Positions 34,325 to 43,037 are shown, counted from the first letter of the stretch. The stretch is DNA of 57,930 nucleotides from Bacillota bacterium (GCA_022360435.1 JAKSCU010000104.1:1-57930); one strand, 5' to 3'. Notes: a model not told the origin generated them from the letters alone. A program made the numbers and translations.

Positions 34325-35719
34325 GTGTCTTTTGAACACTGGTTGTATGTTATTGGTGTGCTAGTGGTAATTGCAACTATGATTTTGCGCCGCAATGTGG
34401 TAATCCCCTGTATTGTGTTTACCTTTTTAATCAGCCTTTCTTTTTCCGGAAACCCAATTAGCGCCACGCAGTCCCTGTTCAACGCCAGCATTGTGGCGGC
34501 TAAGGAATTATTTGCCATATTCTTGATTATCAGTCTTATGATGGCCATGTTGAAATCCATCAGCGCCACCGGGGGTGACGAACTAATGGTTCAACCATTA
34601 AAGAAACTAATGGTTGGACCTGCGGTTAGTTATATTGTTATTTGTGTGGCCACGTTTGTCATATCGCTTTTCTTCTGGCCCACTCCCGCAGTGCCGCTGA
34701 TTGGCGCGCTTCTGGTGCCGGCGGCTATAAGAGCCGGGCTGCCGCCCATGCTGGCGGCCATGGCCCTGGCCTTTGCCGGACAGGGGATGGCCCTGGCCGG
34801 AGACGTGGTTATTCAGGGCGCTCCCGGCTTAACGGCCAGCTCAGCGGGCGTGGCCACTGAGTTGGTTACATTTAAAGCAGGCATTCTTTCTGTGATTGCC
34901 GGCCTTACGGCTATAACAATCGGTTATTTTATCAACCGCCGTGAAATAGGCGTTTTTAAACACAACGCCAATGAAACCGCCGCCACCACAAACAGCCCCA
35001 TAGCAGGGTTGATGCAATCCGAAGCAAAAAAACCGGAACTGCTGGGCAAGGGCCGGTTCCTGGTTTATCTGCTTGTAGCCGCCATGATTGCTGTGGTTAT
35101 TTCCATGTTCACCTTTGATATCAAGGGCGGCGACGCATCAGCTTTGCTGGGCGGCGTGGCGCTAATTATAATGCTTATAGCGACCGTTATGGTTGACGGT
35201 TTTGAGGGCTTTAACAAGATGGCGGACTTCATAGCCGACGGCATGGTGTTTGCATTTAAAGTAATGGGTCCCATTATTCCTATCGCCGGTTTCTTTTTCC
35301 TGGGCAACCCTGAAATGTCGGCCACTATCCTGGGTGAAGGAGCGCCGGGTTATTTATTCGATATCGGTGGTATAATTGCCAATGTCATTCCCCCCACAGG
35401 CTTCCTGGCCGCTTTCGGGTTGCTGATTTTGGGAGCCATTAGCGGCCTCGACGGTTCCGGGTTTTCGGGCCTGCCGCTGGTGGGCACCATGGCCGGCGCC
35501 ATGGCCGCCGGCGACGCCAATGTTGCGGCCACTTTAAGCTCGCTGGGTCAGTTGGGCGCCATCTGGGCCGGCGGCGGCACCTTGATTGCCTGGAGTTCCC
35601 TGGTGGCGGTGGCCGGAATCGTGGGCGTGCCTGTTCTCGAGCTGGTGCGGAGAAACCTGTTCCCGGTTGTCTCCGGCCTGGTTGTGGCCACCATTGTGGC
35701 GGTGCTGTTTATGATGTAA
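34325..35719 (+). CDS. Polytopic membrane transporter (464 aa, ion-transporter-superfamily-like)
   Basis: GTG start with SD CAGGAGG 7 nt upstream. At least 10 hydrophobic helices, Gly/Ala-rich re-entrant-like segments (GQGMALAGDVVIQGAPG; GLDGSGFSGLPLVG). Confidence 0.75.
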   Translation: MSFEHWLYVIGVLVVIATMILRRNVVIPCIVFTFLISLSFSGNPISATQSLFNASIVAAKELFAIFLIISLMMAMLKSISATGGDELMVQPLKKLMVGPAVSYIVICVATFVISLFFWPTPAVPLIGALLVPAAIRAGLPPMLAAMALAFAGQGMALAGDVVIQGAPGLTASSAGVATELVTFKAGILSVIAGLTAITIGYFINRREIGVFKHNANETAATTNSPIAGLMQSEAKKPELLGKGRFLVYLLVAAMIAVVISMFTFDIKGGDASALLGGVALIIMLIATVMVDGFEGFNKMADFIADGMVFAFKVMGPIIPIAGFFFLGNPEMSATILGEGAPGYLFDIGGIIANVIPPTGFLAAFGLLILGAISGLDGSGFSGLPLVGTMAGAMAAGDANVAATLSSLGQLGAIWAGGGTLIAWSSLVAVAGIVGVPVLELVRRNLFPVVSGLVVATIVAVLFMM

Positions 35720-35790
35720 GGACTTAGTAATTAATTATTGCGTATCACGGATTTTTGTGGTAGTTTAATAACATTACAGGTAATAAGGAC

Positions 35791-35872
35791 AGCCATGGGG
35801 GCGGCTTGAGCGTCCCCAAGCGCGGGGCGAAGGGCTGGAAGGAATACCCTGGAACCGTCCCCGTGGCGCAAG
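35791..35872 (+). promoter_or_regulatory. GC-rich leader RNA motif, copy 3
   Basis: 12-bp closing helix CCATGGGGGCGG (35793-35804) / CCGTCCCCGTGG (35855-35866) with two G-U pairs. Inner hairpin CGTCCC-caagcgc-GGGGCG. Shares CCATGGG, GAGCG, AAGCGC and CGTCCCCGTGGCG blocks with copy 1. Confidence 0.45.
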
Positions 35873-35895
35873 ATATGTAGCAGTGGAGGTTTGTC

Positions 35896-36009
35896 ATGTT
35901 ACCGGCAAACGTTAACAACGGCATGACTATGATGACCGGGCTGGGCATGGGTATGCGCAGCCCGGGCCTGTTTGCTGTTGTTCCGTTTTTGCCCGTAACC
36001 CGAGGGTAA
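35896..36009 (+). CDS. Possible 37-aa Met/Gly-rich peptide (not in the ORF track)
   Basis: SD GGAGG (35885-35889) lies 6 nt before the ATG. Translation: MLPANVNNGMTMMTGLGMGMRSPGLFAVVPFLPVTRG. Followed by a strong terminator at 36041-36072. Confidence 0.35.
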   Translation: MLPANVNNGMTMMTGLGMGMRSPGLFAVVPFLPVTRG

Positions 36010-36040
36010 TCCTGGCTGATATTTGTTTGATTGGACAGGA

Positions 36041-36072
36041 AAGGCCACCCGGTTGGGTGGCCTTAATTATTT
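36041..36072 (+). terminator. Rho-independent terminator
   Basis: AAGGCCACCC-GGTT-GGGTGGCCTT perfect 10-bp stem followed by AATTATTT. Confidence 0.75.
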
Positions 36073-36165
36073 GGTACGCCCCCAGCATGGGCGTCGTTTC
36101 TTCGCTTGCGCATGTGCCGGTGGGAGCAATGGAAGCGTGTTCGAATGCTTTGGGAAAGCGTCGCT

Positions 36166-36247
36166 TCCGGCCATATTAACGGCCGGATTCAAGTGTAAAA
36201 GTATTTAAAAGCACGAGCAGAGGCAACGAATGAATGCGCTTTTTTTA
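36166..36247 (+). repeat. Structured intergenic repeat, copy G (5'-truncated)
   Basis: CCGGCCATATTAACGGCCGG-ATTCAAGTGTAAAAGTATTTAAAAGCAC-GAGCAGAGGCAACGAATGA-ATGCGC-TTTTTTT. Confidence 0.7.
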
Positions 36248-36272
36248 GAACAAGCACGGGAGGAATGGACAA

Positions 36273-37013
36273 TTGTTGCTGGTACAAAAATTTGGGGGAA
36301 GTTCGGTGGCAACGCCCGAACGAATCAAGGGGGTGGCTCGCCGGGTGGTGGAGACGCGCAGGAAAGGGTGCCGGGTGGTGGTTGTGGTTTCGGCCATGGG
36401 CGATACAACCGACGATTTGATTGGGCTGGCGCGGCAGGTTGCCGGCGCCGGGCCGGGAAGAGAGATGGACGTGCTGCTGTCCACCGGCGAGCAAATGGCC
36501 GTTGCCCTGCTGGCCATGGCCATAAGCAGCATTGGGGAAAGGGTGGTGTCACTGACCGGATGTCAGGCCGGTATAATTACCGACGAAACTTATACTAAAG
36601 CAAGGATTTTGGATGTCAGAGCCGAGCGGATTAGCGGCGAACTGGATGCGGGTAATATTGTGGTGGTGGCCGGTTTCCAGGGCGTTAATCGTAACGGCGA
36701 CATAACTACCTTGGGGCGGGGCGGTTCGGATACGACGGCTGTGGCCCTGGCGGCGGCTTTGGGGGCCGATTTGTGTGAAATATACACCGACGTGGACGGG
36801 GTCTACACCGCCGACCCGCGCCTGACGCCCAACGCCCGCAAACTAACCGCTATTTCATACGATGAAATGTTGCAAATGGCACGCCTGGGCGCAACCGTGC
36901 TGCATGACAGGTCGGTGGAATACGCCAGGCATTACGGTATTTTGCTGCACGTGCGCAGCAGCTTCAACCGCCATCCGGGCACCGTTGTGGGCAAACAAGG
37001 GTGCGGTTTTTGA
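36273..37013 (+). CDS. Aspartate kinase catalytic domain only (246 aa; ACT domains absent)
   Basis: [38 protein letters not shown] and [15 protein letters not shown] are aspartokinase catalytic blocks. The ORF stops right after [15 protein letters not shown], where the ACT domains normally begin. Confidence 0.8.
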   Translation: MLLVQKFGGSSVATPERIKGVARRVVETRRKGCRVVVVVSAMGDTTDDLIGLARQVAGAGPGREMDVLLSTGEQMAVALLAMAISSIGERVVSLTGCQAGIITDETYTKARILDVRAERISGELDAGNIVVVAGFQGVNRNGDITTLGRGGSDTTAVALAAALGADLCEIYTDVDGVYTADPRLTPNARKLTAISYDEMLQMARLGATVLHDRSVEYARHYGILLHVRSSFNRHPGTVVGKQGCGF

Positions 37014-37159
37014 GGAATCATGCTCCTATTTGCTTAAAAGATGACAAAAAATGAAGGATTTTTAGGATTCAAGAATTAATATTAACTTTAATAAAAAACC
37101 GAATCATCCGCAAGGATATACTTTGTCGGGTACGGGTTTTGTTGCGGGGGTACCAACTG

Positions 37160-39727
37160 ATGGCGGAGGAACACTTTAAAAATATTATTGATTTTTTACC
37201 GGATCCCACATTCGCCATCGACCGGAACGGTAAGGTCATCGCATGGAACAGGGCTATGGAGGAAATGACCGGCCTGTCCAAGGGGGATATTTTGGGCCGT
37301 GGTGATTACAATTATGCCGTTCCCTTTTATCAAGCGCCAATACCTATTTTAATCGATTTAGTGTTTGGGGATATTCCGGGTGTAAAAGACAAATACTCTG
37401 TTTTTAAAAGAAATGGTCAAATAGTGCAGGGCGAGTGTTACTTGGCGTCGGTTTACGGCGGCCGGGGGGCCTGGGTCTTGGCCCAAGCCTGTCCGTTGCT
37501 TGATGACGCAGGTAACCCGGTGGGGGCCATCCAATCGATTCGCGACATATCGGAGCTTAAACAGCAGAAGGCGTTGTTTAAACAACTGTTTGACAATTCA
37601 CCGGAAGGAATTGTGCTTTTAAGCAGCAGTGATGTAATTATCGACGCCAACCGGGGGTTTGAAGAACTCTTTGGATACCGCATTGAAGAAATCAAGGGAC
37701 AGTATCTGAATGAAATAATTGTGCCGGATGAAAAGTCCGGGGAAGCTACCGTACTTTCGGGAACCGCGCTGCGCGGGAGTAAGGTGTATGAAGAAACGGT
37801 GCGCAGGCGCAAGGACGGGAGCCCGGTATACGTGACGGTGTTGGCTTACCCGGTGGAGATAGGCGACAAGGTGGTAGGAATTTATGGTATCTATCGGGAT
37901 ATCACCAGGCGCAAAAAGGCCGAATTGTTGCTCCGGGAAAACCAGCGGGCTTTGTCCAACCTGATGAGCAACTTGCAGGGCATGGCTTATCGCTGCCACA
38001 ACGACCCGGATTGGACTATGCAATTTGTCAGTGACGGCTGCTTGGAACTGACGGGTTATACACCTGGGGAACTGATGTCAAACCGGATTTCCATGGGACG
38101 GTTGACTCACACCGAAGACCGGGAGCGGGTCTGGCAGGAGGTGCAGGCATCCCTGAGTAAAGCCGCGCCGTTTCATATTGAATACAGGATTGTCCACCAA
38201 AGTGGTATGGTGAAATGGGTACGGGAACAGGGGCGCGGAGTATTTGCGGCCACCGGGAAGTTGGAAGCCTTGGAAGGGTTTATTTCCGACATTACCGAAA
38301 GCGTAAAAGTCAAGGAAGCGCTGTGGGAATCGGAAAGTATGTACCGCACTATATTTGAAACCACCAGCACCGCCACTGTTATCGTCGATGAAGACACCAC
38401 TATCTCTTTGGCCAACCAGTTTTTTGAAAATATTTCCGGTTACTCCAAAGAAGAAATCGAGGGCGTTAAAAGCTGGACAGAATTTGTGACTGCCGACGAT
38501 TTGCAGAAAATGAAAGAGTTTCATTGTTTGCGGCGGGTTGATCCCACCTTGGCCCCGTCGGAATACGAGTGCAGATTTCGGGATAAGTACGGAAAAACCC
38601 GGTATGTTTTACTGTCGGTGTCCATTATCCCCGGCACCAACAAAAGCGTGGCCTCGCTACTGGACATCACCGAACGCAAAAAGGCGGAGGAGCAGCTTAA
38701 ATACTTGAGCCTGCGGGACCCGCTCACCGGGCTGTTCAACCGGGCGTTTTTTGAACAGGAAATGAGCCGTCTGGAATGCGGGCGTTATAACCCGGTGGGT
38801 ATTATTGTATGTGACGTGGACGGGTTGAAACTGGTGAACGACACTCTGGGGCACGACGCCGGGGACGCCCAACTGATGCTGGCTTCCAGTGTGATCTCCA
38901 AGTGTTTTCGGACCGGGGATGTGGTGGCCAGGGTGGGCGGGGACGAGTTTGCCGTGTTACTGTCCCGAAGCGACCACAGCGTGGTGGAGAGAGCGTGTGT
39001 CAGAATTCGGGAAGCGTTGGTTACATATAACAATGAAAACCCGGAACTCACCTTGAGCATTTCAGCGGGTTACGCTGTGAGCGACGAAGTTCCGGTCAAC
39101 ATGAGCAACCTGTTCAGGGAAGCAGACAACAACATGTATCGTGAGAAATTGCACCGCAGTCAGAGCGTCCGTAGCGCCATTGTGCAGACTATGATGAAGG
39201 CGCTGGAAGCCCGGGACTTTATTACCGAAGGGCATGCCGACCGGCTGCAGGACCTGGTGGTGGGCCTGGCCGGCGTGCTGCGCCTGCCCGGGAGCAATAT
39301 AACCGAACTGCGCCTGTTGGCCCAGTTTCACGACATTGGCAAGGTGGGCATCCCCGACCGAATCCTTTTTAAACCCGGCCCGTTAAATACCGAAGAAAAA
39401 AAGGAAATGCAACGGCACTGCGAAATCGGCCATCGCATTGCGCTGTCGGCGCCCGACCTGGCTCCCATAGCCGATTGGATCTTGAAGCACCACGAGTGGT
39501 GGAACGGCGGCGGCTATCCCCTGGGTTTAAAGGAGGAACAAATTCCACTGGAATGTCGCATACTATCTATAGCCGACGCTTACGACGCCATGACCAGCGA
39601 CCGCCCATACCGGCGGGCCATGTCCCGCCGGGAGGCGGTGGCCGAACTGCTGGCCAACCGGGGCACCCAGTTCGACCCCCGATTGGTGGACAGTTTCATC
39701 CGGGTGCTGAAAAAAGGGGAAATGTAA
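37160..39727 (+). CDS. Multi-PAS GGDEF + HD-GYP composite c-di-GMP signalling protein
   Basis: About four PAS modules, a GGDEF domain (RVGGDEFAVLL), and an HD-GYP domain (FHDIGKVGIP...HHEWWNGGGYPLG). The ORF is open from TTG 37139; ATG 37160 is preferred. Confidence 0.9.
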   Translation: MAEEHFKNIIDFLPDPTFAIDRNGKVIAWNRAMEEMTGLSKGDILGRGDYNYAVPFYQAPIPILIDLVFGDIPGVKDKYSVFKRNGQIVQGECYLASVYGGRGAWVLAQACPLLDDAGNPVGAIQSIRDISELKQQKALFKQLFDNSPEGIVLLSSSDVIIDANRGFEELFGYRIEEIKGQYLNEIIVPDEKSGEATVLSGTALRGSKVYEETVRRRKDGSPVYVTVLAYPVEIGDKVVGIYGIYRDITRRKKAELLLRENQRALSNLMSNLQGMAYRCHNDPDWTMQFVSDGCLELTGYTPGELMSNRISMGRLTHTEDRERVWQEVQASLSKAAPFHIEYRIVHQSGMVKWVREQGRGVFAATGKLEALEGFISDITESVKVKEALWESESMYRTIFETTSTATVIVDEDTTISLANQFFENISGYSKEEIEGVKSWTEFVTADDLQKMKEFHCLRRVDPTLAPSEYECRFRDKYGKTRYVLLSVSIIPGTNKSVASLLDITERKKAEEQLKYLSLRDPLTGLFNRAFFEQEMSRLECGRYNPVGIIVCDVDGLKLVNDTLGHDAGDAQLMLASSVISKCFRTGDVVARVGGDEFAVLLSRSDHSVVERACVRIREALVTYNNENPELTLSISAGYAVSDEVPVNMSNLFREADNNMYREKLHRSQSVRSAIVQTMMKALEARDFITEGHADRLQDLVVGLAGVLRLPGSNITELRLLAQFHDIGKVGIPDRILFKPGPLNTEEKKEMQRHCEIGHRIALSAPDLAPIADWILKHHEWWNGGGYPLGLKEEQIPLECRILSIADAYDAMTSDRPYRRAMSRREAVAELLANRGTQFDPRLVDSFIRVLKKGEM

Positions 39728-39871
39728 AATACTTAGAGGATAAAAAAACCGATTTAAACCATATTGATGAAAAAAAGCCGACTTAAATATACTTGGAACT
39801 GTAACGCAAAACTGTACAGTTGCCCGCCCATAAGATATAATTATGTATGTGAGGTGGTAACAGATGGGGTA

Positions 39872-40318
39872 ATGACGAAATATAAAATAGGCGAAGTTGC
39901 CAAGCTTGCGGGGGTGAGTAAAAGGACTGTAGACTACTACACCAATCTAGGTTTGCTGCGGCCCGTGCGTTCTGCAAGCAACTACCGTTATTATACCGAT
40001 GAAACCCTGATGCGGTTGAAGGTTATTGAGACCATGAAAATAGGCCGTTTTACCTTGGAGGAAATTAAGGAGCAATTAAATGCCTGGGACAGCTTCCGCC
40101 TTACCGCGGCGGGAGGCGTTGCGGAAAGGGAGAAAATAAGCGTGGAAGGGCTGAGGAGGCAACTGAAACAGTTGGAAAGCCAGTTGGCCCAACTACAGTC
40201 CGATGGGACCACGGTTGTTGACGCCGCCAAGTTGCGCACCAAAATAACGGTGCAGAGCATGGCGCTGTTTCAGTCGCTGGCGTTATATATCAACGAAGTG
40301 TCAATATACCTTAAATAA
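39872..40318 (+). CDS. MerR-family transcriptional regulator
   Basis: MTKYKIGEVAKLAGVSKRTVDYYTNLGLL HTH followed by a coiled coil. The ORF is open from 39764, but the family N-terminus begins at ATG 39872. Confidence 0.8.
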   Translation: MTKYKIGEVAKLAGVSKRTVDYYTNLGLLRPVRSASNYRYYTDETLMRLKVIETMKIGRFTLEEIKEQLNAWDSFRLTAAGGVAEREKISVEGLRRQLKQLESQLAQLQSDGTTVVDAAKLRTKITVQSMALFQSLALYINEVSIYLK

Positions 40319-40348
40319 TATTATTTGTTAGGAGGTTGGGTTTTAACA

Positions 40349-41191
40349 ATGAATACCTTAAAAGCCTGGCTGTTAATGAGCGTGCTGACGGTGTTGCTGG
40401 TGATGTTGGGCGGCGCTATGTTCGGACAGTCCGGGGCCATGATGTTTTTTATTATCGCCCTGGGGCTGAACTTCTTCAGCTACTATTACAGTGACAAGAT
40501 CGCCATCAAGATGACCCGTTCCTACCCGGTATCCGAGTCCCAAGCGCCGGAACTCTACGAAATGGTGCGCCGGCTTTCCCAGCGGGCGGGCATGCCCATG
40601 CCCAAGCTTTATGTGACCCCGTCCCCGCAGCCCAACGCTTTCGCCACCGGCCGCAACCCGGCCAATTCGGCGGTGGCCGTAACCGAAGGGATTATGCGCT
40701 TGTTAAACCGTACCGAAGTGGAGGGCGTACTGGCCCATGAACTGGCCCACATCAAAAATCGCGACGTGCTGGTGGGCACCATAGCAGCGGCGCTGGCCGG
40801 CGCCATAACCATGATGGCCAATGCCTTCCAGTGGGCGGCCATTTTCGGCATGGGACGCGGCGAGGATGACAATGGGGGCGGTCTAATCGGCGGTTTGATC
40901 TTGGCCTTTCTGGCCCCTATTGCCGCCATGATTATCCAGATGGCTATTTCCCGTTCCCGGGAGTACATGGCCGACGCCACCGGCGCCCAAATCGCCGGTT
41001 CTTCCGACGGGCTGGCCAATGCCCTTTTGAAACTTGAATCGGCTTCGCAGCGCATTCCCATGCAAACCAACCCCGCCACTTCACACCTGTTTATCGTCAA
41101 CCCGCTGTCCGGGCAGACAATGGCCCGGCTGTTCAGCACCCACCCGCCCATCAAGGAACGGGTGGAAAAGCTGCGTAACATTCGGGTGTAA
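40349..41191 (+). CDS. htpX: Zinc metalloprotease HtpX (M48)
   Basis: SD AGGAGG upstream of ATG 40349. Four TM segments, HELAHIKNRD (HExxH), and a C-terminal STHPPIKERV block. Confidence 0.9.
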   Translation: MNTLKAWLLMSVLTVLLVMLGGAMFGQSGAMMFFIIALGLNFFSYYYSDKIAIKMTRSYPVSESQAPELYEMVRRLSQRAGMPMPKLYVTPSPQPNAFATGRNPANSAVAVTEGIMRLLNRTEVEGVLAHELAHIKNRDVLVGTIAAALAGAITMMANAFQWAAIFGMGRGEDDNGGGLIGGLILAFLAPIAAMIIQMAISRSREYMADATGAQIAGSSDGLANALLKLESASQRIPMQTNPATSHLFIVNPLSGQTMARLFSTHPPIKERVEKLRNIRV

Positions 41192-41313
41192 CACCGGCCA
41201 CACCGGCAATACAGGCATCCTTTTATGATATAAAAAAGGTGCCTGTATTTTTGTTTGATGGGAAAATAGCATGCAAGGACTATTATCATTTATAATTGTG
41301 CCTGTCATAATCG

Positions 41314-41455
41314 AAAAGCGTGCACAGAATGGAAACAAATGAGTACGCTTTTTTTATACTTTTAGGAAATTATACCTTGCCATATATATGGCAAGGGCAG
41401 AGGAGAAAAGTATTAAAAAGCGCACGCAAAGGGAACCAAATGAGTGCGCTTTTTA
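41314..41455 (+). repeat. Structured intergenic repeat: orphan terminal-hairpin module (H0) followed by full copy H (subfamily 2)
   Basis: H0: AGCGTGC-ACAGAATGGAAACAAATGA-GTACGCT-T7. H: ATACTTTT...CCTTGCCATATATATGGCAAGG...AAAAGTATTAAAAAGCGCAC-GCAAAGGGAACCAAATGA-GTGCGC-TTTTT. Confidence 0.8.
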
Positions 41456-41468
41456 ATAGGTGGGGAAT

Positions 41469-42359
41469 ATGGGCGTTTTTTCTCTTTATTTCACAACTGT
41501 TGTCATCTGGGGCACAACTTGGCTGGCGATAGAATTACAATTAAATCAGGTGGACCCCATTTTGTCTGTCGGTTATCGATTTATTTTTGCAGCAATTTTT
41601 TTAATTATATTCTGCCGAATTCGCAAAATCTCTTTAAATTTTTCCATAAAGGACCATCTTATAATTGGTTTACAAGGCATTACATTGTATGGCTGTAGTT
41701 ATTGCTTAATTTATATGGCCAGCCAATACCTTGTTAGCGGAATAGTGGCTGTTATATTTTCCACCATTTTGGTCATCAATATTTTAAATCTTCGCTTTTT
41801 TTTGGGTCAAAGTGTAAGTCCGGCCACTTTGTTTGGCGGTGTTTTAGGTTGCGTCGGAATTGGATTGGTTTTTTGGCCGGAATTATCAGCCTTTAGAATT
41901 AACGAGGGTGTAATTGGTTTGATTCTAGCCATTTTGGCCACCTATTCAGCTTCTATCGGCAATATTATTGCCGTCTATATTTCCGCAAGGCAGATTGGTG
42001 TAACACAGGCTAATACCCTTGGAATGGCTTATGGCGGAATTTTAGTTTTTGTATTTGGTTTTTTTGCCACGGGAGAAATTCAGTTTAGCTTTTCTCTTGA
42101 CTATTTAGTTCCACTATTATACTTGTCCATTTTTGGTTCGGTGATTGCGTTTGGCTGCTATATAACCCTAATTAATCGAATTGGAGCCGATCGAGCCGCA
42201 TATGCAATAATATTAAACCCCATTCTTGCATTATTGTTGTCAACTTTTTATGAAAACTACAAATGGACGGATTTAGCGCTTATAGGAGTTGTTTTAATTG
42301 TTCTTGGCAATGTTATTGTACTAATTCCCGCGAGTAAATTTAGGCAACTTATTGGTTAA
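41469..42359 (+). CDS. DMT-superfamily (EamA) transporter, AT-rich
   Basis: About 10 TM helices, two EamA halves. The ORF is open from GTG 41460. Its base composition is markedly AT-rich compared with flanking genes. Confidence 0.75.
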   Translation: MGVFSLYFTTVVIWGTTWLAIELQLNQVDPILSVGYRFIFAAIFLIIFCRIRKISLNFSIKDHLIIGLQGITLYGCSYCLIYMASQYLVSGIVAVIFSTILVINILNLRFFLGQSVSPATLFGGVLGCVGIGLVFWPELSAFRINEGVIGLILAILATYSASIGNIIAVYISARQIGVTQANTLGMAYGGILVFVFGFFATGEIQFSFSLDYLVPLLYLSIFGSVIAFGCYITLINRIGADRAAYAIILNPILALLLSTFYENYKWTDLALIGVVLIVLGNVIVLIPASKFRQLIG

Positions 42360-42494
42360 CCAATTTTATCCAGCTTAAATCTTAACAAAACACGTTAAAT
42401 TAGCAAGTGCTTTTATTCTTAAGAGAATTTTTTAAAAATGAAGAAACTACTCTAAATGGCAAGTGAATTTGAAAAGCAAAATAGTGCTGTACCT

Positions 42495-42929
42495 TTACTT
42501 CATGTCTGCAAGTAAGTGATTACATAATTCGACATAAATTGATTGCATTTTGAGGCTTAATATTAAATATTTTGGATTTACAGATGATGGTAAAAATTGA
42601 CTGCAATAAGACGCAAACTCGTTATATCTTGGAATGCTATCAGAATAAACTGCCGTGAAGGGTATTTGATATAAGGAAAATAATTTTTTAGCATCATCTT
42701 TTTGTATTTTTATAAAATTTATAGATATTTCATCATATGGTTCAGTAGATACTTTATTTTTTAAACGAGAATTCATTGCCCGAAGAATAGCTATTAATAC
42801 GCGAGTTTCGTCCTCTGTTATTTGATGATCCAAAATTTGCATAAAAAAAGGATAACGATCACTATTAATAATCATTGTTAAAATCTTAATATTATATTTT
42901 AGCATTTGAATTTCTTTTTCAATACTCAT
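42495..42929 (-). CDS. Hypothetical protein (144 aa), tentatively DUF1878/YhaI-like
   Basis: The N-terminal pattern IQMLKYNIKILTMIINSDRYPFFMQILDHQITEDE resembles my recollection of YhaI-type proteins. AT-rich. Confidence 0.45.
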   Translation of the reverse strand: MSIEKEIQMLKYNIKILTMIINSDRYPFFMQILDHQITEDETRVLIAILRAMNSRLKNKVSTEPYDEISINFIKIQKDDAKKLFSLYQIPFTAVYSDSIPRYNEFASYCSQFLPSSVNPKYLILSLKMQSIYVELCNHLLADMK

Positions 42930-43037
42930 TCTCTAAGCTCCTTTATAATGGGTAGGCCAGATAATCTTGTAAGGTTCGTAAGCTGCACAGTTAATACCAC
43001 CTGTAAATTTGCTCAAGAGTTTATATTCCTAACTACT

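Noticed and set aside
33775-35872. Assignment of the three GC-rich leader motifs to a known riboswitch class (lysine L-box, glycine, cobalamin, SAM-I/IV, c-di-GMP-I, Moco, ykkC)
   Set aside because: By-eye comparison found only short fragments (CCGAAG, GCGCAAAGC, CAGGnAAnnGAC, CCGAGCC). The hallmark blocks are missing: the L-box GAGTA...GCCGAAG...CTGG...TGTCA order, the B12 box, GGTGCCAA, and the glycine P2 plus CACCGAAGGGGCAA. I therefore left them unclassified. An Rfam scan is still needed.
36230-36598. Alternative ORFs overlapping the aspartokinase start (36230-36598 plus, 36189-36532 minus)
   Set aside because: The frame starting at 36273 carries the canonical aspartokinase blocks. The others are shadow frames with Gly/Arg-rich products.
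41440-41532. Mini-ORFs starting at the ATG inside the conserved repeat loop (for example MSALFNRWGIW... from copy H; MSALFLYS from copy B)
   Set aside because: The SD-like sequence plus ATG is conserved, but the downstream frames differ completely in length and sequence between copies (4 to 30 codons). A conserved peptide product is therefore unlikely. The observation is retained only as a note on the loop sequence.
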